Positions 61,932-64,000 of a DNA stretch of 64,000 nt are shown here, one piece after another. The DNA lies in assembly GCA_038496445.1 (NCBI GenBank), contig JALMLS010000577.1, forward strand, positions 992,001-1,056,000, written 5' to 3'. A program made the position numbers and the translations under genes. Below the pieces are notes generated by a model. It was not told the origin of the DNA, did no database searches, and was given only the letters and a program-made list of their open reading frames with translations. The stretch's first letter is position 1. Each line of letters starts with the position of its first letter. This DNA is from Trichosphaerium sp. ATCC 40318. Taxonomy: Eukaryota; Protista; Tubulinea.

Positions 61932-63850
61932 ATGCCCTCCATAGCTATTGAACCAGAAGGAAACTGTTTTGACCAGCAAAGAAGGCTACACGCTTGTTTA
62001 GATTTACAAAGCTAAAAGAGTACAAAACTATCTAATGGTCCTTTATGTAGCTTCAGAGTATGCTTTACTTACCAGAGATTGATTTGTAGCTACTAACAGT
62101 CTGTACAAAAAAAAGTAGTAGCTAAAACGACAACCAGCCTGAAGCGCTATTATCAAACAGCGTGATGCCATGATTGTACAAATACTTACGTCTCTGCCAG
62201 AGACGTTTACAAGGGTTGACTTTAAACGAAAGCTTTCCTCCTTTCAAACTCCCTGTGGTCTACCCAACATGCTGGCTATTACAAAATCTGCATGTATTCG
62301 TAGGATTGCTTCGAAACGACCGTCGAAGCGTCTAAAGCCAAAAGTACGCTTGATTTTATTCAAAAAGGCTTATAATAGCATTTAGGCGTACTCTACGGGT
62401 TGGGGAGATAATATAACTATTCTACCGACTGAACAGTCCCTAAAACAATCTGTCGATCTTATAAAAGCTGCCAAAGGCATTATAGTTACAGCTGGAGCCG
62501 GAATGAGCGAAGAATGTGGCATTCCAAGGACTACAGGTTAGAAATCTTACATTAGTGTATCTAATACGCGTAGAATCTCTTAAAAATGTTTTACCGCAGT
62601 TTAAAGACACAGAACACGACTTAAACGACTTTGTACAGTACATTCTGTTAAATAGTCGCTAACACAATTGTAGGCTGATCGAGAGTGGATGGAAACGAAC
62701 CCAGAGCAAGCGTGGGGATTTTATGGATCTCTCCTTGATTATTATCGTAAAACAAAACCTAGTAAAGGGTTAGAACCTCTTTTCACTGCGTAACGCCTGC
62801 GTTTAATGACAGATTACTATTTAGGCACGAATTGCTACTGGATTTGTGCGAAAGAATGCCATACGTGCGTATTTTGAACTATGCGCACTACTGAGTATAT
62901 TATAAACACCTTCTCTACGTTTACAAGTATTTTCGGGCCTTAAAATACATTCTTAAATGCTTACAAGAGATGCTACTCCGTATTCTTTTTTTTTTTTGGA
63001 ATTGAAGGCCAAGTCAGAAATAATTTTTTACTCTATTCTATTCAAGCTTAACTTACTGTGTTTATTGTAGGGTTACTTTGTTGTAACGAATCTAACTGAT
63101 GGAATATTTCAAAAGGCAGGATTTGATAGTGATAGAATTGTAGAACTCAATGGAAGCTTACATCAAATGCAAGGGTTTAATTCTGTACGCAACATATTAG
63201 TGTATTTATAGCTTACTATAAAAATAGGATAGCCCGATTGTGCCGGCACCAGAAGAATTACTAGATATCGATTATAGGACAATGCGGGCTGTCAATGTAC
63301 CTAAAGATACTGATGGTAACCCTTTACGACCACACGTTACATTGTACGCACATAAAAACAAAACGAAAAAAACAAGAAAAAAATGAGATTCATCGCTTGA
63401 TTTGTGTCTTGCTCAGAAAACATTACAAAATAACGCGCCAAAATTTCGGTTTCTATTTTATTAATTATTTCATTCAAGGAGAAATGATATGTCGTGGAAT
63501 TCAAAGAGAACTGACGGCCAAAGTCTTCGTATGGATAAATGGGTATCTGAATTCACTTATAAGGATCCTATGATAGTCCTTGAGCTTGGTGCACAGCCAG
63601 GAAGTTCTGTTAGACTATATAGTATGTAGATTAATTCTTTTACTTTGTCTTAAACTTTTACCACGCCTGTAACAAGCAACTGTTACCAACATTCTTTCTT
63701 TTTTTTCAGAACTAGGTTACTTGTTTTTTTTTTGACATTTATGTCTAGGTACACACCTTCTATTTTATCATAGAAATTCGCGTATGATTCGCATTCATAA
63801 AGAAGACCCAAAGATAGAAAGAGGTCACTTAGGTAATTAAAATCGCAAAA
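61932..63850 (+). CDS. Sir2/sirtuin-like protein, catalytically divergent
   Basis: IIVTAGAGMSEECGIP, NPEQAWGFY, YFVVTNLTDGIFQKAGF, IVELNGSLHQMQ, LRPHVTL, IVLELGA. Both ends approximate. Confidence 0.75.
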
Positions 63851-64000
63851 ACAAAAAAATACATCCAGATTTTCAACAAGACAAGAAAACTGACGCTTTT
63901 CTGCAGGTATAAAATTAGGTATGACTGAGGCTCTATCTGAACTAACTACCTTAATGGATGGTGGTGAAATAGGCGAAAACAATAACAAAAAGGATGTATG

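Noticed and set aside
1-64000. CRISPR arrays, rRNA genes, prokaryotic operons
   Set aside because: None seen. The DNA is eukaryotic with spliceosomal introns, and the repeated 16-mer at 1.6-5.4 kb is irregularly spaced.

Overview
AT-rich, intron-rich eukaryotic genomic DNA. It is probably from an amoeboid protist, inferred from an SH2-domain protein, tandem Rac GTPases and short GT-AG introns with frequent 'gtacg' donors. Recognisable genes are RACK1, two Rac-like GTPases, a RhoGAP, an M1 aminopeptidase, an S10 serine carboxypeptidase, a dual-specificity phosphatase, TMEM50/Vps68, a YciI-like protein, a GNAT acetyltransferase, a Sir2-like protein, an STE20-like pseudokinase and several intronless F-box-like repeat proteins. 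Two things stand out. (1) A candidate circularly permuted tRNA-Pro(UGG) gene at ~8247-8381, with the 3' half upstream of the 5' half, complementary leader and trailer, and a Pol III T-tract. (2) A ~3.1-kb cassette present four times (38.5-41.6, 42.0-45.1, 49.0-52.2 kb, and inverted at 58.2-61.3 kb). Each copy has an intact 4-exon orphan gene with a GC-AG intron, possibly carrying a divergent HSF-like DNA-binding domain, plus ~2 kb of ordered, conserved, non-coding, partly hairpin-forming blocks. Exon boundaries were read by eye, and gene ends marked approximate are uncertain.
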